Counted from the stretch's first letter, positions 43,245 through 53,100 are shown. The stretch is 59,432 nt of DNA from a virus (IMGVR_UViG_3300010371_000005:1-59432), one strand, 5' to 3'. Notes: a model not told the origin generated them from the letters alone. Made by a program: numbers and translations.

Positions 43245-44713
43245 CAGGCACCCCAGACTGTCACGCGGTCGCAGGACTCCGGAAGATCCGGCGAGAGGAC
43301 CACGGGCGGGGACTGACGGCGGCCAGGATTGAGGGCCGCGATCACGTCATCGACCTGGCGCACGCCCGTGGTGCCGGCCGCGCCATCGCCGGCGTCCACC
43401 TCGATCTCGACACCCTGACGCGACAGGCGGGTCATCCTGGCCGGGAGCGCGCATGCCCCGCCGGCCAGATGCTTCGCATACTCGCACGCGAGCAGCGCGA
43501 CCGCCACCTGCAGCGCGGCGGGCAGTTCGCGGCCGATACCGTACGTGACCTGGAAATCGCCCGGCTCAGTGCCACAGCTCGGCCAGCACAGGCCATCCGC
43601 GCGAACCAGCAGGTACGCGCCCTTGCTCAGGTCCACCCGGTAAGCGCTTTCCTCCACCGTCTCACCCGCGACCACCACCGAGGTCACCGAAGCCACCGGC
43701 CCACGCAGCACGATGGCGCACCCGCCGGAGTTGCAGCAGGACCCGCACCCGCGGTTGAACCACCGGCCACCGAACAGGTACGGGCCGCTGACCACGGGAT
43801 CCTGGCCCGGCCAGATGGGGTAGTCGCGGTAGATCTCCGGCGAGAGCATGTTCTGCCGGGGCTGGATCGTCATCTCGCACACGCCGTACTGCCGCCCGGT
43901 GGCCGCCCAGAGGAACCGGCTCGCGAGCTGCAGGGCCGCGGTGCGCACGGCCAGGGACCTACCCGCCCACTCGTCACAGACACCCAGCTCGTCCGGGTCG
44001 ATGCTCCAGCCGCAGACTCCGGTGTCGATCGGGGGTTCGGCGTTGCTCCCGGTGATCGCTGCAGCCATGTCCAGCGTGAACGCCACCGCCCCCTGGCCGT
44101 TGCCGCCAGGGGTCACGCCGGTCGCCGAGAGGATGATCTGCAGCGGGTAGTCGGCCGCGCCCTCGTTGGCCGCCGCCGCCTCGAAGACCACATCCACGAA
44201 GTAGTTACCGCCGCCGAACGCGTCCGACGGGTAGGCCGGCGCGGCGCCGGTGCGGAAGGTGCCGTTCCACAGCGAGCCGAGCCCGCCGGAGTTGGTCCCG
44301 TTCTGCGGTGCGGTCAGGTTGCCGTTCGTGATGCCCGCGCTCGCGAAGGCACCTGAGGTGGCCACGTACCGGCCATTGGTGCTGTGCCGGTTGGCTCGGT
44401 AGGGCATGCCCCCGGTGACCGGTACGGGCGAGCTGAGCGGGATCACGTTCCACGCGCCCGGTGTCACCGAAGCCGCAGTCAGCGTGCCGGAACCGAGCAG
44501 CGTTCCCTGGCCGGAACCGGCCGGATCGTCATCGGTGGTCGGTTCGTACAGCTCTCCGGTGAACGTGCCGGAGACCGTGATCGGCGCGAAGAACCGGATC
44601 CCGGTGATCGTGCCGCCGACCGCGGGCACCACCGTGACGGCGGTGTTGATGCCACCGGGCTCAAGCACGTCCCCGGATGCGGGCACCTGATCGGTGAAGA
44701 TCGACTCTGCCAT
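43244..44713 (-). CDS. DUF4082-like domain fused to head-to-tail adaptor
   Basis: GTITGIRFF..NYFVDVVF N-terminal half; LWAATGRQYG..CALPARMTRLSRQGV..TGVRQVD adaptor half. Confidence 0.75.
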   Translation of the reverse strand: MAESIFTDQVPASGDVLEPGGINTAVTVVPAVGGTITGIRFFAPITVSGTFTGELYEPTTDDDPAGSGQGTLLGSGTLTAASVTPGAWNVIPLSSPVPVTGGMPYRANRHSTNGRYVATSGAFASAGITNGNLTAPQNGTNSGGLGSLWNGTFRTGAAPAYPSDAFGGGNYFVDVVFEAAAANEGAADYPLQIILSATGVTPGGNGQGAVAFTLDMAAAITGSNAEPPIDTGVCGWSIDPDELGVCDEWAGRSLAVRTAALQLASRFLWAATGRQYGVCEMTIQPRQNMLSPEIYRDYPIWPGQDPVVSGPYLFGGRWFNRGCGSCCNSGGCAIVLRGPVASVTSVVVAGETVEESAYRVDLSKGAYLLVRADGLCWPSCGTEPGDFQVTYGIGRELPAALQVAVALLACEYAKHLAGGACALPARMTRLSRQGVEIEVDAGDGAAGTTGVRQVDDVIAALNPGRRQSPPVVLSPDLPESCDRVTVWGA

Positions 44714-44727
44714 GCGCGCCCGCTCCC

Positions 44728-45825
44728 CTACGCGTTCACGGGGACGGCAGTGCCGTCATCCGCCCAGGTGTTTCCGCTGTACACGTTACCGTTCGCAGCC
44801 AGGAAAGAAGTCACCGTACCGAACGCCCCGCCCTTGCCGGTGTCCGGATCGCGGGCCAGCACGTTGTCCGTGAACTCGATGCCGGTGGGGTTGTCGCCGA
44901 AGTTGGCGCCGGGGTTGTGTCCGAGCGACACCGAGTAGCCACCCGCGGTCACCGGGAAGTAGTTGCCCCCGATCAGGATGTCCGCCAGCTCGGCGAAGTC
45001 CCCGAACAGGTTCAGATTGTTCGAGGGACCACCGCCGTGCCCGTTGTCCAGCACGTCACAGACGATGGTGTTGCCCGTCAGGGTGATGTCGTGACCGCCC
45101 GAACACAGGAACCCGCCAGCGTGGTCCTGGCCGGTGGCGCTGATCCTCTGGCCGTGCAGGTATGAATCCTCGACGAGGACGTTGATCGAGGCGTTGACCG
45201 CGGTGATCCCACCCTCGATGTCGCAGCGCAGGATGGTCATGTTCTGGAACCCGACGGCGGCGTTCGGCCAGGTGGTGGCGTCGACGTGGCAATCTTCCAT
45301 CGTCAGGTCCGCGTTCGCCGAGTCGATGTCGATGTGCCCGTTGATCTTGCAACGGCGCAGGGTGACGGAGGCGTTGTCGTAGATCCGGATGTCGCCGTTG
45401 ATCAGCTTGTCCTCGATCACCGCGACCTCATTGTTCTGGAACCCTTCGGGTCCCGCGTACAGCGTGAGGTCGGCCTCTGTCATCCCCACGCCGGCGAGGC
45501 CGGTGTTCGTGGCGTCGGGGAATCCGGTGCCGGGCACGCCGGCGATCGTGAAGCCGGTGACCTCGAACGACCCCGAGGTGCTGAACGCGGTGTCACCGTC
45601 CAGCCGGACCGAGCCGTAGAACGTGCCACCGGTGCTCGCGCTGAACAGCAACAGATGGGATGCGCCGGCGCTCGGGTCGCCGCCGAAGGTCATGTCCTGG
45701 CCGATCGCCACACGCCCGGCGCTGGTCTGATCGGCAGCCGCGGGTCCGTCTCCGACGGCGGCGTGCGTGATGGCCGCGACCCCGGACGTGAGGACGGCCG
45801 TCAGGCCTGCAGCGTTGAGCCCCAT
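44728..45825 (-). CDS. Virion protein with parallel beta-helix domain
   Basis: N-terminus paralogous to 45825-46163; FPDATNTG then beta-helix repeats (VEDSYLH, ITLTGNTI). Confidence 0.7.
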   Translation of the reverse strand: MGLNAAGLTAVLTSGVAAITHAAVGDGPAAADQTSAGRVAIGQDMTFGGDPSAGASHLLLFSASTGGTFYGSVRLDGDTAFSTSGSFEVTGFTIAGVPGTGFPDATNTGLAGVGMTEADLTLYAGPEGFQNNEVAVIEDKLINGDIRIYDNASVTLRRCKINGHIDIDSANADLTMEDCHVDATTWPNAAVGFQNMTILRCDIEGGITAVNASINVLVEDSYLHGQRISATGQDHAGGFLCSGGHDITLTGNTIVCDVLDNGHGGGPSNNLNLFGDFAELADILIGGNYFPVTAGGYSVSLGHNPGANFGDNPTGIEFTDNVLARDPDTGKGGAFGTVTSFLAANGNVYSGNTWADDGTAVPVNA

Positions 45826-46163
45826 CAGGCCGGAGACGATCCGGTGATGGTCAGCGCGGTCAGGTTGTAGCTGCCCGACGCACTGAACGCCTGATCGCCG
45901 GCGAGCGCATCGAACCCGTAGAACGTGCCACCCGTGGCCGCGCTGAACAGCAGGGCATGGGTGGCCGGAGCGTCTGCGGTGCCAGTGAAGGCGTACGGGA
46001 CACCGGTCGCGGTGACGACTCCACCGGCGGTGCCGCGGGTGACCTGCACGCGCGCGGTGCTCACCTCGTCAGCGGCCGTGGGCCCGTCTCCGATGCCGAC
46101 GTACAGCGCCGCGCTGTTACCGGTTGCGAGCAGCGCGGTGATCCCTGCGGTGTTGAGTCCCAC
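45825..46163 (-). CDS. Small virion structural or decoration protein
   Basis: Gly/Ala/Thr-rich; HALLFSAATGGTFYG motif. Confidence 0.65.
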   Translation of the reverse strand: MGLNTAGITALLATGNSAALYVGIGDGPTAADEVSTARVQVTRGTAGGVVTATGVPYAFTGTADAPATHALLFSAATGGTFYGFDALAGDQAFSASGSYNLTALTITGSSPA

Positions 46164-46220
46164 GGTGGGCGCCTCCTGTGTCAGTCCTGTTCAGTCTATG
46201 CGGACACGTCATGAACGCGA

Positions 46221-46249
46221 AGCGCCCCCGACCATCGATCGGGGGCGCT
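46221..46249 (-). terminator. Terminator after the major tail gene
   Basis: AGCGCCCCCGA / TCGGGGGCGCT. Confidence 0.75.
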
Positions 46250-46264
46250 GCACTAGTCGCGTGA

Positions 46265-46957
46265 CTACGAGCTCAAACCGGCGGTTCCACAGATCGCCTC
46301 CGGCGGGGCGAGCTGCGTCCAGATCGGCAAGTGGTGGGTGTCGGTCTCGATTGCGACCGGCAGCGGCGCCGGAGCGTCCGTCTGGTCGCGCATCACGTCG
46401 TACGGACCCACGCCCCACGGTGTGCCGGTCCGCGTGCGGGCGACCACCGTGAAGTTGATCGCCGCGTTCGTCACCGCGATGTCCTCCATGAGAGCACCCT
46501 CGACGAGCCACGGCAGCAGGTTGTAGCCGTACCAAGGGTACGGGTCACCCGGAAGGCAAGCCTCCTCGGCGTTACCCATCCACAGCTCAAGCGCGAAGTT
46601 CGCCGTGGCGAACTTCGCCTTAGTGACCGCGAAACCGATGCTCTGACCGGAGTAGTCCAGGTACGGATCCAGCCCCGTCAGGATCGCGAACAGTTCCGGG
46701 TCCACCTCCTGGAACACCATGGTCACGGTGTACCACCGTAGGTCCGGCAGGCTCCGCTCATCGATGATGGCACGCCCGGCGGCGTTGCGGATGAAGAACG
46801 ACTCGCCCTCCTCCACCTCCGGGGTCATCGTGACGGAAATGAACCCGTCTGAGACACCGTAGGCGTCATCGCCGTACTCCGGATTGCCGCACTCGTCCAG
46901 CCGCGTGACGCGCATCGTCTCGCCCTGCAGCGGCTTGGCACAGATCGCATTCGCCAT
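46265..46957 (-). CDS. Major tail protein
   Basis: RVTRLDECG, VDPEL, FALELW and WGVGPYDV motifs. Confidence 0.8.
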   Translation of the reverse strand: MANAICAKPLQGETMRVTRLDECGNPEYGDDAYGVSDGFISVTMTPEVEEGESFFIRNAAGRAIIDERSLPDLRWYTVTMVFQEVDPELFAILTGLDPYLDYSGQSIGFAVTKAKFATANFALELWMGNAEEACLPGDPYPWYGYNLLPWLVEGALMEDIAVTNAAINFTVVARTRTGTPWGVGPYDVMRDQTDAPAPLPVAIETDTHHLPIWTQLAPPEAICGTAGLSS

Positions 46958-47775
46958 TAGGGACTCACCACTTCCAGGGGATCGTAGGTAGCGCGGCCGG
47001 CGAAGCAGTCGAACGACACCGCATAGGCGCGCTCGGCCACGATGAGTTCGAGGTTGGAGATACGATCGAACGCGGTCGCCATGTCGACACCCGCGCCACG
47101 CCACACCGTGGTCTGACCGGTCACGATCAGCTCACCGGCCGGGTAGGCGCCGAACACCCACACTGAACCGAGGGGAGTGATCTTGCGCGTGCTGCCCTGC
47201 TCGGCTAGGACGAGCCCCGCCTCCGCAGCGAACGCAGCGACCTCGATCGGGGCGTGGATGTAGGCCACCCCGCCGTACTGCTGATCGGTGTAGGCGTAAC
47301 GCTCCAGCGCCCCCACGACCTCAGTGATCAGACCGTCCTCGTACCCCGAGGGGATCGGAACGGCCGTCTCGTCCAGATTGCGGATCCCGAGTTCGTTGCC
47401 CTCGAAGTCCAGCCCCGACCAGAGCGCCGTCTCGACCGCGGCCATCTCGCCGGACTCAAGGCGCCGCAGCGCCTTGTTCTCCAGCTCGGTCTGGCTGTAG
47501 CCGACGAGCGTGCACTCCATCGTGCCGAGCACCGCGAAGACGCCGGTCTCGATCTCTTCGTCATCGCCATCGATCGGCTTGGTCGGTGCCGCGCCGGGGG
47601 CGTAGCAGTCGATGCCGAGCGCGCGCACGCTGCCGCACCCGCTGGGCACGTAGCGGACGCCGCCACCCTGGCCGTGGGTCGGCAGGTCCAGCGGGCCGAT
47701 CGCCGCGTCGAACAGGCCGTAACGCCGCCGAAGCGGCTCCGGGGCCGGGACGGTCATTCCGGGAATGATCGCCAT
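46957..47775 (-). CDS. Second capsid protein (pentamer-type or minor capsid)
   Basis: Follows the major capsid gene; RYGLFDAA, TPLGSVWVFG and AERAYAV motifs. Confidence 0.65.
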   Translation of the reverse strand: MAIIPGMTVPAPEPLRRRYGLFDAAIGPLDLPTHGQGGGVRYVPSGCGSVRALGIDCYAPGAAPTKPIDGDDEEIETGVFAVLGTMECTLVGYSQTELENKALRRLESGEMAAVETALWSGLDFEGNELGIRNLDETAVPIPSGYEDGLITEVVGALERYAYTDQQYGGVAYIHAPIEVAAFAAEAGLVLAEQGSTRKITPLGSVWVFGAYPAGELIVTGQTTVWRGAGVDMATAFDRISNLELIVAERAYAVSFDCFAGRATYDPLEVVSP

Positions 47776-47810
47776 GTCAGTTTCACCTCCATCTCATGAT
47801 CGTTCGTGAG

Positions 47811-47832
47811 GCTCCGGGCCGAAGCCCGGAGC
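47811..47832 (-). terminator. Hairpin between the capsid genes
   Basis: GCTCCGGGC-TTCG-GCCCGGAGC on the minus strand. Confidence 0.7.
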
Positions 47833-47846
47833 TAGATCACGAGATG

Positions 47847-49538
47847 TCAGGCCGGCTGACCGGTGACGCCGGCGACCGGGATCGGGGTCGTGTAGTACCG
47901 CGACTCGGCGCACATTTTCATGATGTTGAAGCCGTCCTCGGCGAAGAGGGCGGTGTACTGGTTCTGGGTGAGCATCGCGTTGTCGTAGACGGTGTCCAGC
48001 TGGACCACGTCACGCACGGGCTTCAGCCAGGTCCCGGCCGGGTAGATGATGAACTCCACGTTGGCCGGGAACGCGGTGATCGGGGTGGCCGCGCCCGGTG
48101 CGCCGGACAGGCCGACCGAGGAAAACGCGTCCTGGTAGTCGTAGACGAAGTGCGGAACCACGTTGCGGACCCGGAACCAAGAGAGGATCTCGGCGTCCGT
48201 GACAGCCAGCTCAGCAACACCGGCGCGCCGGGCGATCGCGGCACGGATCGGGGCCATCGCCCAGATCGGCAGGACGATCTCCAGCGTCTGAGTGGGGGAC
48301 ATCCGGTGCCGGTAGCGCAGGTCCACGGCGGCCAGCTCGACGGCCGAGAGCACCTGCGAGGCACCGTCGGAGTTGTTCGCCGGGATCGCGATGGTGCCGC
48401 CGTTGGTGGACTGCGCCCGGATCCGCTGGATCACCGATGCGTTGACCTTGTGGTCCAGGCCGATCAGCGCGTTCTGGGTGAACTGGTCGATCGCCTCCGG
48501 GTAGCCGCGCCGCTGCAGCAGGGCGCCGGTGAGGCAGAGGTAGGCCACGTCCATACGGACCTCGACGAAGTCCGGGCACGGGATCTCGACGCAGACCTTG
48601 TCCACGCCGTTGATCACGTCGTACTCGGTGAGGATGACGTCGCCGTTGTCGCCGATCTCGTCGTACACCTCGGCGAACGAGATGCCGCCGTTCTCCGGGA
48701 TGAAGAAACCACCGCGGGAGGCCTGGACCTCGGGAACGTCCAGGATGCCCTCACGGGTGGCCAGGGTGCACAGGTCGTAGATGGTCTCGCTCGGGGCACA
48801 CCAGCCGGCGGCGGCGGTCAGCGCCACGCCCTTGTTGACCTGGTTCTCCATGGCGTTGAACAGGGAGCCGCCCGGCAGGCGGGACTGCTGGCGCGCGTAC
48901 TCCAGAACTTCCATCGCCTTGTTGGCGTCGGTGATGCGCAGCTGGGAGTCGTACTCCCGGCGCACGTTGACCGCGCCGTGGCGGGTCAGCGACCGGCCAC
49001 CCATCTTGAACCGGGTGCCCTTGCCGCCGATCGGCGCCTTGTTCCCGGCCTTACCGGTGCCGCCACCGTACGACGCCAGGCGCCGCTCGATGATCTGCGC
49101 GGCGTCCGCGAACGAGGCGATCTCCTGGCCGGCGTTCGGCACGTCGGAGGAGGCGGTGAGGACGGCGCGCCGCGGGGTCTCGACCTCGGCCGGGGTTTCC
49201 AGGGTGCTGCGCGCGGCGGTCACGGCCTGCGGCGCCGGAACGGGCTCGGGGGTCGGCTCCGGCTGCGGCACGGGAGCCGGCGTGGGCTCGGGCTGGACGG
49301 CGAACGCGGCGGTCAGCTCAGCACGCGCGGCCTGCGCGGCGGCGGCCTCTTCGGTGCGGCGCGTGCTCTCGGCGGTCGCAGCGTTGAACACGTCGCGGAC
49401 TTCGAGCAGGTGGCCGGCGGTCGTGCTCTCGTCTGCGGCGGCGGTCTGCGCGTAGGCCTCGACCGCGGTGCGGTAGGTGGCGAACTCTTCGGCGCTGAGA
49501 GCACCGAGGTCGGCCGGCACCTCGAACGGGAACGGCAT
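47847..49538 (-). CDS. Major capsid protein with N-terminal scaffold-like region
   Basis: LTAAAGWCAPSETIYD, KVCVEIPCP and NQYTALFAEDG motifs; Ala/Pro-rich N-terminus. Confidence 0.88.
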   Translation of the reverse strand: MPFPFEVPADLGALSAEEFATYRTAVEAYAQTAAADESTTAGHLLEVRDVFNAATAESTRRTEEAAAAQAARAELTAAFAVQPEPTPAPVPQPEPTPEPVPAPQAVTAARSTLETPAEVETPRRAVLTASSDVPNAGQEIASFADAAQIIERRLASYGGGTGKAGNKAPIGGKGTRFKMGGRSLTRHGAVNVRREYDSQLRITDANKAMEVLEYARQQSRLPGGSLFNAMENQVNKGVALTAAAGWCAPSETIYDLCTLATREGILDVPEVQASRGGFFIPENGGISFAEVYDEIGDNGDVILTEYDVINGVDKVCVEIPCPDFVEVRMDVAYLCLTGALLQRRGYPEAIDQFTQNALIGLDHKVNASVIQRIRAQSTNGGTIAIPANNSDGASQVLSAVELAAVDLRYRHRMSPTQTLEIVLPIWAMAPIRAAIARRAGVAELAVTDAEILSWFRVRNVVPHFVYDYQDAFSSVGLSGAPGAATPITAFPANVEFIIYPAGTWLKPVRDVVQLDTVYDNAMLTQNQYTALFAEDGFNIMKMCAESRYYTTPIPVAGVTGQPA

Positions 49539-49656
49539 GTCAACTCCCTCAGGGGGTCGGCGTGATCAGTGCTCCCGGCCGGTTCGAAACGCTGCACCAG
49601 GTGCTGTACCGCGTAAGCGTACACCGTACAGGGGTCATCTAGATCCGCATGTCCTC

Positions 49657-49686
49657 TTGCATACTTACCTGGCATGGCTGTAAGGT
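49657..49686 (+). promoter_or_regulatory. Family A promoter
   Basis: TTGCAT-ACTTACCTGGCATGGCTG-TAAGGT. Confidence 0.75.
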
Positions 49687-49692
49687 TGAGGC

Positions 49693-49860
49693 ATGAAGAT
49701 TCGAGTGGTGCTGGAGATCGAAGTCGACCCTACGGAATGGGTGGACGTGGACGGTTGCGAGCGTGGCGAGGTGCGCGACTCGGTGAAGCGCTACGTGGCC
49801 AACCTCGCTCAGCAGGGCGCCATGCTCGATGAAGCGGGGGCGGAGGTCACGCTGCGATGA
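49693..49860 (+). CDS. Small hypothetical protein (55 aa, leaderless, not in ORF track)
   Basis: MKIRVVLEIEVDPTEW; ATGA overlap with the methyltransferase. Confidence 0.65.
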   Translation: MKIRVVLEIEVDPTEWVDVDGCERGEVRDSVKRYVANLAQQGAMLDEAGAEVTLR

Positions 49861-50573
49861 ACAGGCCCGTCCTGCTGGACCTGTTCTGCCGCATGGGCGG
49901 AGCCACGGTCGACTACCAGCGCGCCGGCTTCTACGTGATCGGCGTGGACATCGAGCCGCAACCCGGCTATCCGGGGGACGAGTTCGTGCAGACCGACGTG
50001 CTGTGCTATCTGGGCGACATCCCGTTCGGCCCACACATCGCCGACCTCGGCGAGCACCCCGCCCTGATCCACGCTTCGCCGCCGTGTCAGGAGGGCAACA
50101 CCGCCACGATGACCAACCGCACCCGCGGCATCGTGGACTCGCACGTGCAGCTCGTGCCACCCACCCGGGCCCTGCTCGACAGGATCGGCATCCCGTACGT
50201 GATCGAGCAGCCCACGTCATCGCGGGCTGGGCTGATCCGTCGGGACCTGACTCTGTGCATGGACATGTTCAAGGGCGACATGCCACCACCGTGGGTGCAG
50301 AAACACCGCTCGTTCGAGCTGGGGAACTGGCCGGGCTTTCTCCCGGCGGCACCGAAGCATCCGAAGCACGCGGGCAGGGTGCGCGGGTGGCGGCATGGCC
50401 AGTATTTCGACGGTCCGTACGTTGCGGCGTACGGCAAGGGGGGCGGCAAAGCGACCGCCGAAGAGGCCGCGCACGCCATGAAGATCGACTGGATGACCGA
50501 CCGGTTCGACCTCTGCGAGGCGATCCCACCCTGTTACACCGATTTCATCGGCCGGGCCTTCCCGGGAAGCTGA
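49857..50573 (+). CDS. DNA cytosine-5 methyltransferase-like protein
   Basis: LLDLFCRMGG (motif I variant), IHASPPCQ, YVIEQ and EAIPPCYT. Confidence 0.75.
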   Translation: MNRPVLLDLFCRMGGATVDYQRAGFYVIGVDIEPQPGYPGDEFVQTDVLCYLGDIPFGPHIADLGEHPALIHASPPCQEGNTATMTNRTRGIVDSHVQLVPPTRALLDRIGIPYVIEQPTSSRAGLIRRDLTLCMDMFKGDMPPPWVQKHRSFELGNWPGFLPAAPKHPKHAGRVRGWRHGQYFDGPYVAAYGKGGGKATAEEAAHAMKIDWMTDRFDLCEAIPPCYTDFIGRAFPGS

Positions 50574-50579
50574 ACACGA

Positions 50580-50613
50580 AGCAGCCCCCGAGCAACATTG
50601 CTCGGGGGCTGCT
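50580..50613. terminator. Bidirectional terminator
   Basis: GCAGCCCCCGAGCAA / TTGCTCGGGGGCTGC. Confidence 0.8.
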
Positions 50614-50626
50614 GTCGTTCAGCGGA

Positions 50627-50776
50627 TCAAGACGGCTTGATCACCCGCGAGCCGGGATGCTTGGCGGAGTACGCCAGCGCCGCCGCCTCAGTCTCTTTGG
50701 TGATCTTGAGGCCGCCCTTTAGGACCACCTGGAACCGCTGACGGTTCTTGTTCTTGCCACCACAGTTGCACGGCAT
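50627..50776 (-). CDS. Small basic protein (49 aa, not in ORF track)
   Basis: MPCNCGGKNK start, GAGGGG RBS, follows the protease gene. Confidence 0.65.
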   Translation of the reverse strand: MPCNCGGKNKNRQRFQVVLKGGLKITKETEAAALAYSAKHPGSRVIKPS

Positions 50777-50779
50777 GAG

Positions 50780-52171
50780 TCACGCCCCTCGATTCAGTTC
50801 GGCCAGGAGAGCCTCCCGCGCGGGACGGGCAGCCTCCTGGATCGTCATGGCCAGCTCGGCGGCAGCGACCTTGCGCTGCTCCTGAGCTGCGATCTCTGCA
50901 TGCACCTGACGAACGAGTGCCGCCAGATCTTCGCCCTGGATCGCGTGCGCCGGGACCTCAGCCTGCTCCGCCTCCGGTCCGAGCGCCGCCGTCAGCGCGA
51001 CCTGACGGCCACCGCGAGAGAACGTCTCGATCGGGAAGCCCGGCTCGGAGTGCTGCCGCGGACCGGGAGCCAGCGCCAGTACCTCGACCAGCGCCAGGCC
51101 CGCCGCCGTCTCCCGCCAGTCCCCCGACACCTTGCGGCGCGACAGGATGGCGAAGTCCCCCTCTTCCAGGCCGGGCTCCAGCACACCGGCGACCGCGATA
51201 CCGAACTCGTCCTCGTAGGCGCGCACGTAGCCGGCGACCCGCTTGCCGTCGTGCTCACGCATCGCCCCGGCCGCAGTAGCCGACAGCGCCGCGTGCCGGC
51301 CGCCGACCGTGATGCGGCCCGCCCAGACCACGCCGTCCTGCGTCTCCACCGGGAATCGGTTGAACGAGGCGTAGTCGCCGCCTGTCGGGTCCTTCGGTGC
51401 GGTCACGCACACGTCCGAGTAGCCGACATGGCAGGTACGCCAGGTGGCGATGTGGCCGAAGATCCGGCCGTTCTCAGTGTCGTAGGTGATCGGGGTCGGT
51501 CCGGTGAGCGCCGGACCGTCGAACACGCTGGCCGCCGGGCGCGCCTGCACGCCGACCGAAGCGATCAGCGCGAGCGCCGGCGCACCGGCCTCGTTCGGGA
51601 TCAGCTCCAGCGGGCGAGTCGTCTCGGCGAACGCCGGGATCGTCACGAGCGTGGCGGCGCGGACCCGGCCGGAGGTGATCAGCAGCTCCAGCTTCGGCTC
51701 CTCGCCGAACTGCGCGTAATGCGACTCGAACATCTGTTCGGTCATCGGCTCGCTGGAGCCGGCCATCACCGGCACGCCCTCGAACGTATCGAGATCCACC
51801 GACGGGCCGAGCGTGCCCTTGCTCATCAGGTGCATGACCTCAGCGACATCCTCCGCCAGGCGCGGCATGGCGTCACGGTCGATGTCGTCGTAGAGCTCGC
51901 CCTGCCCCCACACCGCGGTCATGTCGGCGCGCATGTCGCCCGCGGCCTCCGCGCTGATCCAGTCGTTGGCGATCGCTTCGGCCACCGTGCCGATGTGCGC
52001 CTGCTGGACGGCGCCGACCGCGACCGCGCCATCGTGGCCGCCCTCGCGCTGCCGGACCCACTCCATGCTGAATGGCAGGTCGGCCAGGGAGATACCCCCC
52101 TCAGCGAAGCGCCGGCCGTCCCCGGTCGGCAGACCGATAGGGGCCAGCATCGTGCGGAACCTGGTTCCCAT
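50780..52171 (-). CDS. Capsid maturation protease
   Basis: TGDGRRF, PSVDLD, AATLVTIPAF and SGDWR motifs; lies between MuF and capsid. Confidence 0.8.
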   Translation of the reverse strand: MGTRFRTMLAPIGLPTGDGRRFAEGGISLADLPFSMEWVRQREGGHDGAVAVGAVQQAHIGTVAEAIANDWISAEAAGDMRADMTAVWGQGELYDDIDRDAMPRLAEDVAEVMHLMSKGTLGPSVDLDTFEGVPVMAGSSEPMTEQMFESHYAQFGEEPKLELLITSGRVRAATLVTIPAFAETTRPLELIPNEAGAPALALIASVGVQARPAASVFDGPALTGPTPITYDTENGRIFGHIATWRTCHVGYSDVCVTAPKDPTGGDYASFNRFPVETQDGVVWAGRITVGGRHAALSATAAGAMREHDGKRVAGYVRAYEDEFGIAVAGVLEPGLEEGDFAILSRRKVSGDWRETAAGLALVEVLALAPGPRQHSEPGFPIETFSRGGRQVALTAALGPEAEQAEVPAHAIQGEDLAALVRQVHAEIAAQEQRKVAAAELAMTIQEAARPAREALLAELNRGA

Positions 52172-52281
52172 GCGTCACACCTCTCCGAAGCTTGCGGACA
52201 TCTTAGCGCCCAACGGGCCAAAGCTGAGTGGAGTCTGGCTCGGGCTGGATGGCACTAGGCGCCACCCAGCCCCGCTACCTG

Positions 52282-53100
52282 CTATTCCTTCGGATCCGCC
52301 TTGAAAGCCACACGCGCGAAGAGGTCATCCTCGGTCGGCAGCGAGCCCCAGCGGTGCTCGCCCACACCATGCTTCACCAGCGCTCGCAGTGTCCCGCTGA
52401 CCCCCTTTGGGGTGGCGTAGGTGACGGATACCGGCCCAACGTTCGTGCTCTCCACGCGAACCGCGAACCAGCCCTGCTCCTGCTCGGAGTACGGCTGCAT
52501 CGGTCGCGTCCCGCCCTGGCTCGCGTCCCGGCTGACCAGGATGCCCAGCTCACGCAGTCGGTTGATCAATCGCTGCCGTCCGCCGCCGAGCGCCTGCGCC
52601 AGCGCACCGAGATCGCAGAGCCCGGTCGAATCCATGTACGTACGCCACTCGGCCTCGATCGGGCGCAGTTCCTCGATCCGAGTCTCCGCCTCGATGGCGC
52701 GCTTCGAGGCGGAATCCTTCTCGCGGAGCGCGGCAGCGTAGCGCTCCAGCGCGGTCGGCAGGTCCATCTGCCCGAGGTACATCCCGGTCTTCCGGATCTC
52801 CGGAAGGATCTCCGTGGTGACCTTGCGTTTGAACTCCTTGGCCGCCTCCTTGCGTGAGGCGAAGATCAGATCGTAGAGCCCGGACTCGTTGACGATCGTC
52901 ATATCCTGCTGTCCACCAAATTCGGACATAAGGATGTTGGTACTACCAACATCGCGCTGGTCAAGGCGCTTAACCGCCGTCTGAGGCTGTGCTATCTCAA
53001 TGACGGCACACACGTCGCGGAGAGCGAACCAGGGCTCGCCTTCGATCATCACGACCCGAACGGGCTTATCCTGGAACTCAAAGAGCTGGAGGTCTGTCAT
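52282..53100 (-). CDS. BRO-N plus KilA-C (ANT)-type antirepressor
   Basis: GEPWFALRDVC, VNESGLYDLIFASRK, EILPEIRKTG and PMQPY..TPKG motifs. Confidence 0.88.
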   Translation of the reverse strand: MTDLQLFEFQDKPVRVVMIEGEPWFALRDVCAVIEIAQPQTAVKRLDQRDVGSTNILMSEFGGQQDMTIVNESGLYDLIFASRKEAAKEFKRKVTTEILPEIRKTGMYLGQMDLPTALERYAAALREKDSASKRAIEAETRIEELRPIEAEWRTYMDSTGLCDLGALAQALGGGRQRLINRLRELGILVSRDASQGGTRPMQPYSEQEQGWFAVRVESTNVGPVSVTYATPKGVSGTLRALVKHGVGEHRWGSLPTEDDLFARVAFKADPKE

